Notes: a model not told the origin generated them from the sequence alone. 64,000 nt of DNA from Camelus dromedarius (GCF_036321535.1 NC_087437.1:9798001-9862000), one strand, 5' to 3'. Numbered from the stretch's first letter, positions 27,201 through 40,544 are shown. Numbers and translations are program-made.

Positions 27201-27683
27201 AGAAGCTGAGCCTCTCTCAGTTGACTGGCATCCCTTTTCGCGAGACACAGGCTTTTGGATTTGGATTCTGGTTTCGGCACTTACCTGCTCTGTGAACTTC
27301 GGCAAACTATTCAACTGCCTTTTGTCTCCTCTTCTTCAACTCTGTCATGGGAGTTAACTCCTATCTGTGGAGGTTTGAAAGGGGGACTGACAGTTGTTTG
27401 TCATACCTCCCGTGAAAAGGTGCCCTTACATCTCCTCACCCAAAGCTAGGTGGTGCGTGCTGGGCCCTGCGCAGCACCGTAGGAGTGATGCTCCCCCTTC
27501 AGGTGAGGTCAGGAAGGTCACGCAGCTACACCTGTCTCCCTTGGGCGCTCCTTCTTGGAAGGCATCCGTCAGGCTGGGAGAAGCCCGAGCTACAGAGAGA
27601 GGTTGTCTCTAAGTTTTCCGGTTGACAGTCCAACCTAGCCACCCCTCGTGTGGAAGGAGAAGCCCTGTAGAAGTAGATATTCC

Positions 27684-28143
27684 AGAAGCTTTTTTGTTTG
27701 AGGCAATCCCACTAACTTATTTTTGTTTTTGTTGCCTATGCCTTTGGTGTCATATTCAAAACTTCATTGCTGGGAAGCTTTTTTTTTTTTCTTTTAGAAG
27801 TTTGGTGGTTTCAGGTCTTATATTTAACTCTTTAATTCATTTCAAGTTAATTTTTGTGTATGGTTTAAGATAAGGGTCCAGTTTCATTATTTTGTATGTG
27901 GATACACACTTTTCCCAGCACCATTTCTCGACAAGACAATCATTTCCTCACTGTATATTCCTGATGCCCTTGTGAAAAGTGAGTTGACCCTAGACATGTG
28001 GGTTTATTTCAGGGCTCCCCATTTTGTTGCATTGATCTATGCGTCTCTTTTTATGCCAGTACCATACTGTTTTGATTACAGCTTTGTAATATGGCTTGAG
28101 ATCAGGACATGTTATTCCTCCAGCTTGGTTCCTTCTCAAGATT
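27684..28143 (-). mobile_element. L1 ORF2 internal fragment (degenerate)
   Basis: Translation AILRRNQAGGITCPDLKPYYKAVIKTVWYWHKKRRIDQCNKMGSPEINPH matches the L1 ORF2p post-RT region. Confidence 0.88.
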
Positions 28144-28149
28144 GCCAGC

Positions 28150-28351
28150 CCTGAGACTTGTGTTCCTGATGTTCCCCTCACTCCCTGCCATTCAAATCTC
28201 CCCACCTGAGAGCCCAGACTTGTGAAACAGACAAGCCATGTCCACTCTGAACTCCTTAGCTTCAAATCTATGAGCATAACACGCACGATGGCTGCCGTGT
28301 TACGCCAGTAAGTTTTGGGTCGGATGTCACATAGCAATAGAAAACCAGAAC
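28150..28351 (+). mobile_element. MaLR (MLT1-type) LTR 3' part
   Basis: 'aaatctatgagcataa...atggctgccgtgttacgccagtaagttttgggtcggatgtcacatagcaatagaaaaccagaac'. Confidence 0.55.
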
Positions 28352-29669
28352 CCCCTCCTCCACAGTAGTAACAGTGAATCATTTTTAAGCAGTCAGTATA
28401 GTGTCTTGAACATAACAGGCACTAAGTAAAAGGAAACATTTTCATCATAATGGCTTGTTAGAAACTCAAAAAAGCACCATTTACACGACAGCAAGAGAGT
28501 CTCCTAAGCGATGAGCTGGTATCTTGCAACCCCCAGAGCTTCCCACTATCATAATTCTGATTTGTATGTAAGGGACCTGATATGTGAAATACCGTTTTTC
28601 TTTTTTTAAATGTGTGTGAATAGAAGAATGCAATGTACATCCTAGTGTACCTCACTCTTCAGCAGGGATGAGGTCAGCAGTCTGACTTCTTATGCTGGAA
28701 ATTATTAAGAGGAGAGACTGATATCCTATAGAGAAATCCATAAAAAACCGAAAAGCAACAGCAAGAGTTTCTGACGAACCCTTTCAAAGCTCTGAGAAAT
28801 GTGCAAATGCACATGATTTGAAATTACGCTGAGCTTCGACTTCTAAATGTTGGAAGCTAAAATAACGTTGTCTCCACTTATACTTAGGTCTAGAAGAGTC
28901 CACCTGACACAAAAGAGGGATGTGTACGCCACACCAGCTTTTCCCTTGTGCAGAGACTCCTCCCCATCACGTGCCTACAAGGATATTGATCACCCTTTCC
29001 AGGCTAACTGGGCACCATGGTCTCAGGGAGATCTTATCCCAATTACCCAAAGCAAGTACGCAGAATGGAAACTGGCTTCTGCCAAAAAACACATCTCTAC
29101 CTTCATATAGGATAGTTAAATGAGGCTCTTTTCTAACTATTTACAGTTATTCACTCTCAAATTTGTCATTTGGGAAAGAACAAAGCAAGGATGTAATAAA
29201 CTTGAAATATTTTCCTCTAATTTTATTTATATGTAGCAAAACAGTGCTGTACAATCATATAAGTTACAATGAAAAAATTAAAAATATCTTTATATAGAGA
29301 GAAATTTCTATTATTCCCTGAGTGGGTTGTAACCTGGTTTTTTTTTTTAATTGTAAAAAACCCTTAAATTTTTATTCTTATTTTAATAAGGATGTTAAAA
29401 CAAATGTATCCATTTAGATTTCAACCAACACTGAGTGAAATGATGACGTTTTGCAGACAGATATATTCTTGGTTATGGCCTTCTCTAGGCTACCCCTGTC
29501 TCCTCTTTTTTTTTTTTTTTTTTTTAATTCTAGGGGAAAAAAAAAACAAACACTTTTTTTCCAAGTTGGAATGACTTTGCTTTTAACTGATTCATTAGGA
29601 CAGCATGTGAATACTGGCCCCAATACTCTGCTCGTTCAATCTGACAATACACAAAGTGTACTTATTGTA

Positions 29670-29845
29670 GAAGTACCAGGTACATAATTTGTAAATCCAG
29701 TGCAAGATGAAAATATGGGCCCCTGGTTCAAAAGTCAAGAATGTCAAGATAATGAGAGAAGAGCCCCCAACAAAGCATGAGGTTCTTCTAAGCACAAGGC
29801 ACTGTGTCTCTGTACAGATCATGTGTGCATGAAGCCATGTCTGCA
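29670..29845 (+). mobile_element. MER91-like hAT-Tip100 MITE
   Basis: 'tacataatttgtaaatccagtgcaagatgaaaatatgggcccctggttcaaaa...catgaagccatgtctg'. Confidence 0.55.
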
Positions 29846-30242
29846 AAATATTTAAAGACTACTGCATAAACAGAACAGTGACCAACAGAGCAAACAGCCA
29901 AACATTCTCTCTTTTGGGAGTAAGTGTGGGTATGTCAGTGGTTTTAAAATTGAATTCTTCTTACTGAGAAAACCTTCATGGAATTCAAAAACCCATGAAG
30001 AACTTTACTAACTGAGGTTTGAGAATCTACTGAACACTTCAGCAGAATGGGTTTCCACACCCGTTGGTCCATCTAAAGACACTCAATGCATAAATCTTGA
30101 GATCAGGGAAGGTGAAGTGATCACTCTTGTCTTAGCAAAATGAACACATCCAGCCCCCAAATGCATTAGACTACTGAGACACTTGCAATTTCAATATAAA
30201 TTCAGGTTAAGAGGAGTTCAACACCAAATTTAAAAAGATTTA

Positions 30243-30500
30243 TTAAAATGGTCCTCCAGCTTCTTAACGTACAAAGCTACCAAGCCCATAAAAACTGGCA
30301 ACATAGCCCCTCGTGGCCGCCTCTCTCTCCCTCCTCTTTGGAGACGGCCTGCACTCTGTGTAAGGGGTGTGCACCTACTTTTACTTTAACCTGAGCACCC
30401 AACCCCCACATCTCGTGGCCTTTCTCTTGCCTTCTGAAACAGCCTACACTCTATGCAGTATGTATCTCTCTAAATAAATCTACCTTTACTCAAAAAAAAT
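30243..30500 (+). mobile_element. Processed (polyadenylated) ERV LTR U3-R fragment inserted by L1 machinery
   Basis: TATA-like cataaaaa and AATAAA (30473-30478), A8 tail 13 nt downstream, no U5 or TG-CA termini, 10-bp TSD aaaagattta (30233-30242, 30501-30510) at a TT/AAAA site. Confidence 0.65.
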
Positions 30501-30851
30501 AAAAGATTTAGCTGATGTCCTTTTGCTAAAATAATCAAGATCACGATTAATTATCCCTGAAAACCTGAGATTTAAAAGTAGATGTGTCAAATTAGTGTCC
30601 CTGCTTAACTTGGCTCCCTACAGAAGTGTCACCTATAATCCTTCTTCACTGAACAATTAAGAGTTTTTCTTGTTTTCAGTTCTGTAAGAAGTATTTCCAT
30701 GATAATGGCTGTAGTTCACAAAAAACAAAGCAATACCATATTTTTCAAGGCTTGTTTGTGTGCAACCCTTCCCCCAACCATTTTTCTATTTGGGAATCTC
30801 CTGAGTGAGTCTTTGTCTCGCTTTCAGAAGTTCCTCTGTCTTTAGCTTAGA

Positions 30852-31075
30852 CCAAGGTTTCTTGACTTGGGCACTCTTTTGGACATTTAGGACCAGGTAA
30901 TACTCTGTTGCAGAGAGCTGTCTCGATCCTGTCCTTGATCGGGGTCTCTGGCCTCTACCCACTAGATGTTAGCAGCGTCCCCTCTCCTAGTTGTAAGAAC
31001 CAAAAGTGTGTCTAGACATTGCCAAGTGCCCACTGAGGGGCAAAATCGCCTGCCGTCTCCTTTGAGAACCAGTGG
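30852..31075 (-). mobile_element. MER20 hAT-Charlie MITE
   Basis: 'ctggcctctacccactagatg...tctagacattgccaagtg...ggggcaaaatcgcc...ttgagaaccagtg'. Confidence 0.78.
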
Positions 31076-31099
31076 TTCAGACCTACTTCTACAGTGATG

Positions 31100-31350
31100 T
31101 GAATAGACCAGTGGCTCAGGGTTGAGCCTGGGATCCGATGGACACATTCTTAGTTCCACGCCTGTCCCTTCGATGTTATGTGGACCCAGGATAGTCACAT
31201 GGCCTCTTTAAAGTTCAGTTTCATCCTTGTAAAAAAAAGAGTTTGTGAAATTTACTTCATAGGACTGTGGCCAACACGGAATGGACAGTGCTTTTCAAAG
31301 TGCTTAGCTTAGTCCCTGGCACATATTAAAAATTCAATAGATGTTATTTA
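31100..31350 (+). mobile_element. MIR SINE (degraded)
   Basis: 'ttcagtttcatccttgtaaa...acttcataggactgtgg...aaagtgcttagcttagtccctggcacatattaa...tcaatagatgttat'. Confidence 0.55.
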
Positions 31351-31999
31351 AAAACTGCAATTGAAACGCAACCTAATTCAAATCGATAAAATGAGAACAA
31401 AGAACTCAGGGAAGAGAAAGAGAGGGAGTGAGACATTTCCAAAACTAAGACTTTTGTTTTCCTCAATGTGAATGTGAACTTTTGACCGTGGCGTTATTTG
31501 CTTCAGAATTAAAAAGTAATAATAATCTAGAAAGTTTCAAACACCTGTATGCTTTCTTAGCACATGTTTAGTTCATCCTTGTAAAGGTAAATTGGAAGGA
31601 AGAGCACTGGTAATTAGAATTTATACTAATATACTGAGTTTTCCGCAATTTGAAAATTGTTTGCTACTCATTTATTTAATCAGGAAAGAGTAAGCAGTCA
31701 CCAGGCTATGAGGAAATAAACCCAATAGAAAGCCACTTAAGATGCATATCATACCTTCTTATAAATCCTAGTCTTGGTGTGGGATAGATGTGTTAATGTG
31801 TAGATACCTGTAGATGTATATTACATCTATATATCACAAAGTAAGTGACATGATACAGGCATAAACAGGATCCGTGGGAGCGAAGATAAGAAAAGCAATG
31901 TTATTAAAAGTAATTACCATTTATTTAGCAATTATTAGGGACTGAGCATTGTGCTAAGTCCTTCATATATTATCTCCTTTCACTAACACTATGTGGGTG

Positions 32000-32750
32000 G
32001 CTGAGGCAGGCAGCGGAAGGTGGCCCTCAATATTGAAGAATGAGTCACGAGTACATCCAGTGGAGATGAAAAAATAGAGAAGAGCATTATGGGAAAAAGA
32101 AATTGCTTTGCACATAGGCGCTAAAATGTGTGGCATGTCTGATTAAGTTTAACAAGTTTAAGGTGGTGAAAGGAGAGGTGTATTTCCGAGTTGAAAAGAT
32201 AGAAATTAAAACCAAGAGGCATATTGGCCAAGATTGTAAAAATGTCTCTTACTCCAGGCTAAAGAGTTTATTTTATTTTGTTTTTTGTTTTTTTTTTATC
32301 TCTAAGGCATCAGAAGGAACAAATGATTTTCGTAAGTCCCAGCATGACACAGTCAATTCTATTCTTAAGATGATGATTGTGGTGGCAGAGTGTGAACCTG
32401 GATGGAAGGCCAACAGGATCCGGTAACTGGCAGGACATCAGAAGGAGAAAAAAAGGAAATGTTCTGGACAAATACCCCTCCCCTACCATGAGGGGATGGA
32501 TAGACTGGGATGGCAGTAACTGAGAGAAAGAGCACACACATGCAAAGATCACATTTGAGGACTGGAAAATGTTAAGTCTTGTGTTTGAGAGATTCCTATG
32601 AAGGGCTGTCCACTAGGTGGCTGGAAATAATTGTTGAGTCTTGGTGATGGAGTGGGGAGGAATTAGGACTAAATTAGGACTGGTACAAAAACTTCTGTAG
32701 CATTTATTGTAATTGAAACCGTATGGTCAAACATAATCCAGGGAGTAATT
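32000..32750 (-). mobile_element. Degraded L2 LINE
   Basis: 'ccaggctaaagagttta...tttatctctaaggcatcagaaggaac...aagtcccagcatgacacagtcaattctattcttaagatgat'. Confidence 0.4.
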
Positions 32751-33179
32751 AAGTTGACCAGTTCACCTGTTTTGAATTTCAGTTTTGACTTCCACATCTA
32801 ACGAACTGTAAATTATAAAAGTGTTTTCTCACTAGCCAGCCATAACCTTCAGTTACAAAGATTGGAGAATTTTCAACCAAGACAATAGTAACAGGATAAA
32901 TTATTCTATAAGTTGGATAAATTCCTTTTAATGGTGAGGGTGAGAAACAAAAATCTGCCTAGTGGTAAGATACCACTTTCCCACGATATGGCGATACTCA
33001 CCAATGATAAGCTTCCAATTTTGTAGGTAATTAAATTTTATAGGTTTAATGCAATTTAATTTGAAATCTCAAATGAGGTTATTTTGGACTTTTTATCAGT
33101 CGTTCAAAGTCTGATCTGAAATTCTAACTAGGTAATGGTAGCCAGGAAAATACTGCATAAATGAAACATTAGAAATGTA

Positions 33180-34450
33180 ATTACTGAAAAAGTGCAGCAC
33201 TGGCACAGGAGTGGCCGAACACACTGTTAGAATATGAGAGAAAAATCCAGAAACAAGCATAAATATGATAAAAGAAGCATTTCAAATCAGTAGGAAAATA
33301 AAACATTGTTTAATTTTTGCTGGTTTAACTATTAGGAAATAAAAGTAAAATGTTATTCCCTTCTTATTCAGCATACCAAATTAAAAAAAAATCCTTTCCT
33401 AAGCAAAAAAAAAAAAAAGAATTTTGGTAGTTATGATTACTAAAAGCTATTTCTTTCTGTGTGCTTACAAAAAAACCACTATAAATGAAAAGCACATAAT
33501 TAACTGGGAAAATATTTGCAATATGTATAATCTTAATGTGCACAGTTCCCTTATGATCACTTAGAGAGAGAGAACGTGAGAAACAGAGGCAATTGCAGCA
33601 GGAAACATATGTAAACAATTTATAAATGAAGGAATGGAAATGAGAAATAAATATTTCAAAACTTTCGAGTCTCACTCACAATCCTAACTGTGCAAATTAA
33701 AGAAGTAATGACTAATCTGTTTATTAAACTGGCCAACATATATGCACACATTTAACTTTATTGCTCAGTGCAGGCAGAAGACATTTGTGTAATACTGGCT
33801 GTTCTCTCCATGGACAGCCACCTGTGTTTGACAGTTTTAATCAGGAATATTTAATTTGTGCCTTTTCTTTGCCCTAGCAAGTCTCTTCTGTGTTTTTATT
33901 AAGGTTGTTTATTTTTCCATTTCTTTATATATTTCATTATAAAATATGTGTTGTTTCCTGAATATACAAGTAAATTTATGTATTGTATAAACTTTTAAAA
34001 GGATCAATAAGCAAAAACACATTTTATAATCACCAACAACCCTAATCAAATCAATGCTGACACTGATTTTATAATCATGTAAGATGTTCCCCTGCAAATG
34101 GGGTGTTACAATTCTATTTTTAAAAACCTGTATTTTTTCCTCCTTTTATGTAACGTGAACATCAGTAAATTGCAATGTGTATCACTGTTTCAGTTCTGGG
34201 TATGTTTCATCCTATAGATATGAAATAATTTCTCTAAACACTTTAATTTAGCATTTGGGGCATTTCTCTTCTTCTTTCTATTCTTAACAAAGCTGCATAA
34301 ATATTATTGGCTATACCTCTCTGTAAACTTTTCAATTATTTCTTTAAGAAAAATTCTTAGCCATAGCATGGTTCTGTTAAAGGTGGTTATCCAATTCATA
34401 TTTTGGAATGTAGCAAAAGTACTTCATCTATACTTCCTGTTTTTGTCACT
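33180..34450. mobile_element. Very old L1M fragments (plus-strand ORF2-like piece, then a minus-strand piece)
   Basis: 'aaatccagaaacaagc...gataaaagaagcatttcaaatcagtaggaaa' and 'actgggaaaatatttgcaata' on +. 'ttaacaaagctgcataaaatatt...aattatttctttaagaaaaattcttag' on -. Confidence 0.45.
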
Positions 34451-34539
34451 AGAATAATAAAAAGATGTGTATACTTAAGGTTTGAGATTTAATACAAGTA
34501 CTAAGTTTTACTGCTTTATAGGAGGAATTCTTAAATAAA

Positions 34540-34826
34540 ACCAGAGGATTTTTAGGACCGTGAAATACTATGTATGATACCATAATAATATATGGTCATC
34601 ACACATGTGTCCAGATTCATAACATGTACAACACCAAGAATGAATCATAATGTAAACTATGGACTTTGAGTAATTATGATGTGTCAGTGTAGATTCATGA
34701 ATGATAACAAATGTACCACTCTGGTGGAGGATGTTGATAATGGGGGAAGTTATGCATAGAGGGGTTGGTAGAAGGTATATGGAAAATCTCTGTATCTATC
34801 TCCCATTCAATTTTTTTTTTAAACTT
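34540..34826 (+). mobile_element. L1MC-type 3' end (host of the following young L1; resumes near 35500)
   Basis: 'tgtacaacaccaagaatgaatcataatgtaaactatggactttgagtaattatgatgtgtcagtgtag...aacaaatgtaccactctggtgg'. Continuation 'aactgctctta' near 35501. Confidence 0.8.
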
Positions 34827-35428
34827 AACACATGGAAGCAACCTAAATGCCCATTGATAGATGAATGGATAAAGAAGATGTGCTATATATACACAATGGA
34901 ATAGTACTCAGCCATAAAAAAGAATAAAATAATGCCATTTGCAGTATCACGGATGGAGCTGAAGATTGTCATTCTAAGTGAAGTAACTCAGAAAGACAAA
35001 GAATAATATCATATGATATCACTTAAATATGGAATCTAAAAAAAAAAAAATGACACAAATGAACTTACTTACAAAACACAAACTGATTCACAGACATAGA
35101 AAACAAACTTATGGTTACCGGGGGTAAGGATGGAATGGAGTGATAAATTGGGAGTTTGGGATTTGCAGTTACTAACACTATATATAATATTAGATTATAT
35201 AGTATACAATAGTATATAATATTATATAATATATATAATAATAATAGATAAACAACAAGGTCTTACTGTATAGCACAGGGAACTATATTCAGTACCTTAT
35301 AATAGCCTACTGAAAAGGAATATATATATGTATATATATGTATAACTGAATCACTATGCTGTACACCAGAAATTAGCACAACATTATAAACCAACTATAC
35401 TTCAACTAAAAATAAAATAAAATAAAAT
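34827..35428 (+). mobile_element. Young L1, 5'-truncated
   Basis: Encodes TWKQPKCPLIDEWIKKMCYIYTME. Same 3' UTR family as the 10.1 kb copy, with a (TAAAA)n tail. Confidence 0.9.
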
Positions 35429-37219
35429 GTGCTGGAAATTCATTAATAATAAAAATATAAAATAAATGTGCTGGAAATTTATTAACAACAAGAACAAAAA
35501 AACTGCTCTTAAGAAAGACTTAATAATAATAAAAAAAAGTTTGCACACAGTGTGAAAAATCCAATAACCACTAGTACAGTTGGTGCCACTGCCTTGATTT
35601 GTGCAATTCACTGGCATTTGTAATACCCACCACATTGCTTTGTTAACTATCAGTGAAAATGTCAACACAGTGAAAAAAAGCAAATAAAAAGCATGGTTTT
35701 ATTATGAAAATAGGTCTTCCCTCTCGGGCTGTTTAAAATAGAATAATCTACCTTGTGCTTCTCTACTTTAAGAAGCTCAAAATCCACATAAAAGAGAAAA
35801 GAGTTGTTGAGATATAAAAAGATAATAAAGAAAACAGAGAAATTCAATGTGTGAAAGAGATACATACCTAGTATGTACATTTAATAATGTAAAGACCCAA
35901 TTTATCAGATTTTCAATATGTTCCTAGGTAGTAAGTTACTCAAACACATTTCATTCAGGATTTCTGTGCTAATACAGACTTTACAGAACAATTAAATTAT
36001 ATTCTAATTAAAAGTTATTAGAATATAGTTAATAACTTATTGTATTGTATGTAAAGTTAATCACTTACTATATTCAGTAAGTTAAAATTACATTAGAATC
36101 AGTTTTGATAGGTTGTAAATCACTTTGTAATCTCCTCTAGGAGGAATAAAATGGGTATGAATTTGATAGTTAGATATTTTAGAATTTCTATTTAATACTG
36201 AACAAAGCTTCATTAGTAAAATGGTTATGTCTGCCATCTCTCAAAAAAGAAGCATTTTCACCTAAGATAATAAATATCTTCTCATTTTACCCTATATAAA
36301 AATGCTACTTCCACTATAAATTTTTGGTTATGGTTTTAACTGTAAATGTTGACTGTGATATTCCTATTATTTACCAAACTCAAAAATTATACCTGGACTT
36401 TCAATTCTGAAGAAAGGTGTTTTTACCAATGTTTCTGTGGAAATAACTTCCAGTGAAGCAATATGATTAATAAAACTAGTTTTTATGCTATTATTTCCAC
36501 AATTACACTTAATACATTAACCATGGAATCCTTCAGAAACTTAAAAAAATTAAAAGTGGCATTTTAATATTATTTAAGTGAGGATAATTATTTGACTGTT
36601 ACGTACAAGAAATAAGCTGCAATCAATTTTACCAACAGTGTTTCTCCCAGAATTATTATTTATCTGTCTGTATTCTATTAATCTGCCTACCCATCTTCTT
36701 ACCTATATATTTATATTATCCCCAACTCCCTGGTCTTCCACATTCCTCCAAAAGCAAAGTATAGTCAAGGGGTAAGAGGAAAACTTGAGATCTAGTTAAG
36801 GAGTTGGAGAAGAGAGAGACCAGCCAGAGAGACTGGAACAGCGCAGTTCAAGGCTGGGCGGAGACTTTTGCAGTATCCTTTCAGGAAAGCAATCCTGGCC
36901 ATGGGATTACAAAGCAAAGTGGTGTGCAAATGGGTTGAGTGGCATTTGATTTGAGAAGAGGTGGCTGAATTAGCTTGGGAAGGCCTGCCCAGTAAGCATT
37001 AAAAATAGTTTCAGAGGAACAAAGGAGGACAGCTGATGAAAGATGCTCCAGGAGCTAATATTGTTTGAAAAACAAAGAAACAAATAATTGCACTGAGCCC
37101 CTTCAAACCCAGCAGCCTCCCAAGCCAGGTTCTGTCATAGCCTCGGGATGTCCTTGTCACCTTCTGCTCCGAACTCCTCAGAAAACAGACATTATTTTTC
37201 CTTTCAACTTGTATTTTAC

Positions 37220-37480
37220 TTATCAAACACTTTCTATGTGCCACAAACAAAACTAAGTTCTTTGGATAGAATGATGAGCAAAACAGACCTGGTCCCCATT
37301 CTCATGGAGCTGACAAACTTGTGAAGAAAGCAAGTGTTAATAAATGGAGTTGCAAATTGTGGTAGGTGCCCTGGAAAGAGAAGCTAAAACTACAGCCAGA
37401 GAGAGTTACAGGGTGACCTAGTCAGATAATAGGATTAGCAGAGACTTCTTGGAGGAGGTGATGTTTAAGCTTAGACTATT
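37220..37480 (-). mobile_element. L2 LINE 3' region
   Basis: 'tatgtgcca...gatgagcaaaacagacctggtccccattctcatggagctgaca...agacttcttggaggaggtgatgtttaagct'. Confidence 0.6.
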
Positions 37481-37939
37481 TAAGGGTCAAAAAAGCCAGT
37501 GCTGGAATTATTTTTAAACGAATCAAAACACTCTAGCTTTCATCAAGAAATTACAAAATCTTTTTGTGCAACATTATTAGCAGACGCGTTTCAATCAACT
37601 CTTCTGCATCCGAATAAAACACATTTGTAGAGAAGAAACATTTCAAATTCTCCAGGTCTTTTAAGGTTTCCACCTACCAGAGGAATGGAGTTGATTACTT
37701 AGAGAGGAGAGCAAATCGAACTCAACTGACCTTGTCCCCATCAACCTGACACACGCCATCAAGTCGATTTTGTCAGAGAAGGATTATGACACAGGGGCCG
37801 TGAGTCAGCAGTCTAAAGTCATCGAGGGATAGAATTATGGACATGACAGGATGGTGCAGTCAAAAAGGACTGGCATCAATATCAACGTTCTTGGCCTTCT
37901 TTTAAGAAGGGGCCGCATCACTGATCCAACACCTACGAT

Positions 37940-38140
37940 GCCTCAGGTACCTTGCTAAGTGTTTTAACATTTCCTTTCTCATTTCAGCCTGTGTGTAATA
38001 GGTACCACTTTTACAGGTGGAGAAAAATGGTCATGTAGAGGTTAAGGCATTTACCTTGTCATCAGATAACTGGTAAGTAACTAAGTTTTGATTCGAACCC
38101 AGTTCTATACAGCTCCAAAATGCGTTTCTTTTGATTTTAA
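37940..38140 (-). mobile_element. MIR SINE
   Basis: 'tgctaagtgttttaacat...ttttacaggtggagaaaa...agaggttaaggcatttacc...gattcgaacccagttct...ctccaaa'. Confidence 0.6.
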
Positions 38141-39572
38141 CATGCTGTCTCCTCTATTCTGGAACAAGCTAACTTTACAGACCATCTTGGCCTCTGCCTT
38201 CCCATCTGTAAAATGAGTGAGCTAGATTAGATTTACTCCAATAAATCTTACAGCTCTGGACTGCTGTCTGTGGTTGAGGTGTCCCTTAACACATTTGATA
38301 TCCTCATAATTCTACATTTTACAAAAACGCTCTGTCCATTTGGTCCTTAATAAATTTCAATGCCTCTTTCATTTGGAAGAGAGCTATGTCTAGAAATATT
38401 TCCCAGTCATGCTATTTATCATTCTCTTTTCTCCAAACTGGTGCACATTGCAAGAAGCAAGAATAAAAGCAAGAAACTCATATTCACTCCGGCTCATAAT
38501 ACTTCTTAGTGCTCTCCTCTTGAATAGAATGTGGAAGCAAAATTAACTCTGTTTTCCCTGAGAGCTAGAACTTCAACAAAACCAGCTCATAGAAGAAGAG
38601 GTGTGTGGGATAGAATTCTTGTTCTGAGATACTGGCTGGCCCACTGACATTTTATATGAGCATCACATCGGAGAGACGACTAGGAGGATTCTAATTAATA
38701 ATAATGCCTGGGAAGATGACTCAGAAGCATGAGAAAGCATTAGAAATTAGACAGGGCATTGTAAGAGCGTCCACCTTAGGAAAGTTTGCCAATCAAGGAC
38801 TCAACGGAACGGTTAGGACAGGGACGCAGTATGCAATGGAAATTTTCTCTTCCTGCTGCAAAAGTACTATTTCTATAATTTGAAATGTATTTATATTTCA
38901 TGTCCCAAAGCAACACTCTCCTTGGCCACTGTTCTCAACTTCATCATTATTTGATAAGGCTGCTCAAATATTATCAAGGAGTAAGGTCCTGAGTATATGA
39001 TGATGTGCAGGTATCCAAGTGGGGTCAGTTTCTCTTTTCAGGGGAAGGCAGTGCCATCCATCATTTTCACCCCATTCACAGAACTCAGCAGAACAAAGCA
39101 AACTTCCCTACCAAGGATACGCGATGGCAATACCCATAATACCCAATGTTTTGACACAATATTCCAAATATCCAGAGCTTACAGGCATCATTGAACGCAA
39201 GACATGAATAAATCAGGCAACTTGCTTCTGAGTTTTAATTTTACAATATAAAGAAGTCAATTTAATTATTCATATACTTTCATAAATGAACTGAGTCATG
39301 ACTTTCTTCAGAGAAGGACCCAGATAGATGAACTTGCATCAAATGTCCATGGGAAAAAATATTTGAGAAGTAGCTACTATCTGTCTAAATAAACTAAACA
39401 GTTAAACATCAAAGGAAAAACAGCAGACATGATCTACTCTGCTCTAAGTGAAAGTTACGTATGTTGAAACTCACAGATTCTTTTTGTCATAATCTAAAAG
39501 AATCAATCTCTGAATTCCTAATTCTAACCAAACTCTCTTTTTTCATTACATTTCATCACAGAACATGATTTT

Positions 39573-39665
39573 ATTTAATTAAAGTATAGTTGATTTACAA
39601 TGTTGTGTTAATTTCTGGTACACAGTATAGTGATTCAGTGATGCATAAATATATATATTCCTTTT
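39573..39665 (-). mobile_element. Severely truncated L1 3' tip (93 bp)
   Basis: 'aagtatagttgatttacaatgttgtgttaatttctggtacacag' with 14-bp TSD cagaacatgatttt (39559-39572, 39666-39679). Confidence 0.88.
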
Positions 39666-40426
39666 CAGAACATGATTTTTAAAACTGCATATTTAGATAC
39701 CACTTTTTCTTCTAAGAAACAGAAGGCAGAGAATAATTTGCAAAGTTAATAGTAATTATAAGTCTTTCTTATTTAGAAAGGTTTGTATTTTTCCACTTTC
39801 AAAACTTACAGTTTCAGTGAGAATAAGATCAATAGTTGAATCAATATTTCTCAGTAAGAAAGAAGGCCTCACAACCCCAGATAAACAATCACAGAATGAT
39901 TAAGAAAAAAATTCCTTTTAACTGTATTAAAACCCCATCATTTTTATTTTAATTACACTTTAATTTATTTGTCATGTAACAAGAGATTGTACAAATGATT
40001 CATGGCTTTCCCTAAATGCACTCCCACATTAGAATGATGCATATACAATCAAATGCTCTCTTTTGATTTAATTTCAGCTATTAAGTTATTAAAAACAAAT
40101 TAAGCCCTGAGTAATTAAAGTAGTAAAAAAAAATACATGCTCAAAGCATACTTTTCATATTTTATGTGAAACAAAATAGAAGGCAGTAAAAAGCATTGAT
40201 GGAACAGGATAAATATTGAATGTACACCCATGTGTAGTGAAAAAATAAAAACAAACCTAACCTGGTAATACTTTGTGTTTTTTGAGTCTTGAAATAAGGC
40301 AAATATTCTCTCTCTTCTTTTCCAATTATAGTGCAGGTATGCACTACGAGAGACAAATTACGATGCAAATTCATTTAGCAGTTTCAGGTCATGCTAAATA
40401 ATTGCTAACAAAAATGTATTATTTAG

Positions 40427-40544
40427 TAACCTATAATGAAAAAGAATATGAAGACAAACATATGTATGTATATGTATGACTGAACTATTATGCTGAACAC
40501 CAGAAATTGACACAACATTATAAACTGACTGTACTTCAATAAAA
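40427..40544 (+). mobile_element. Severely truncated young L1 3' tip
   Basis: L1 3' UTR end plus A-tail, with 17-bp TSD aaaaatgtattatttag (40410-40426, 40545-40561). Confidence 0.9.
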
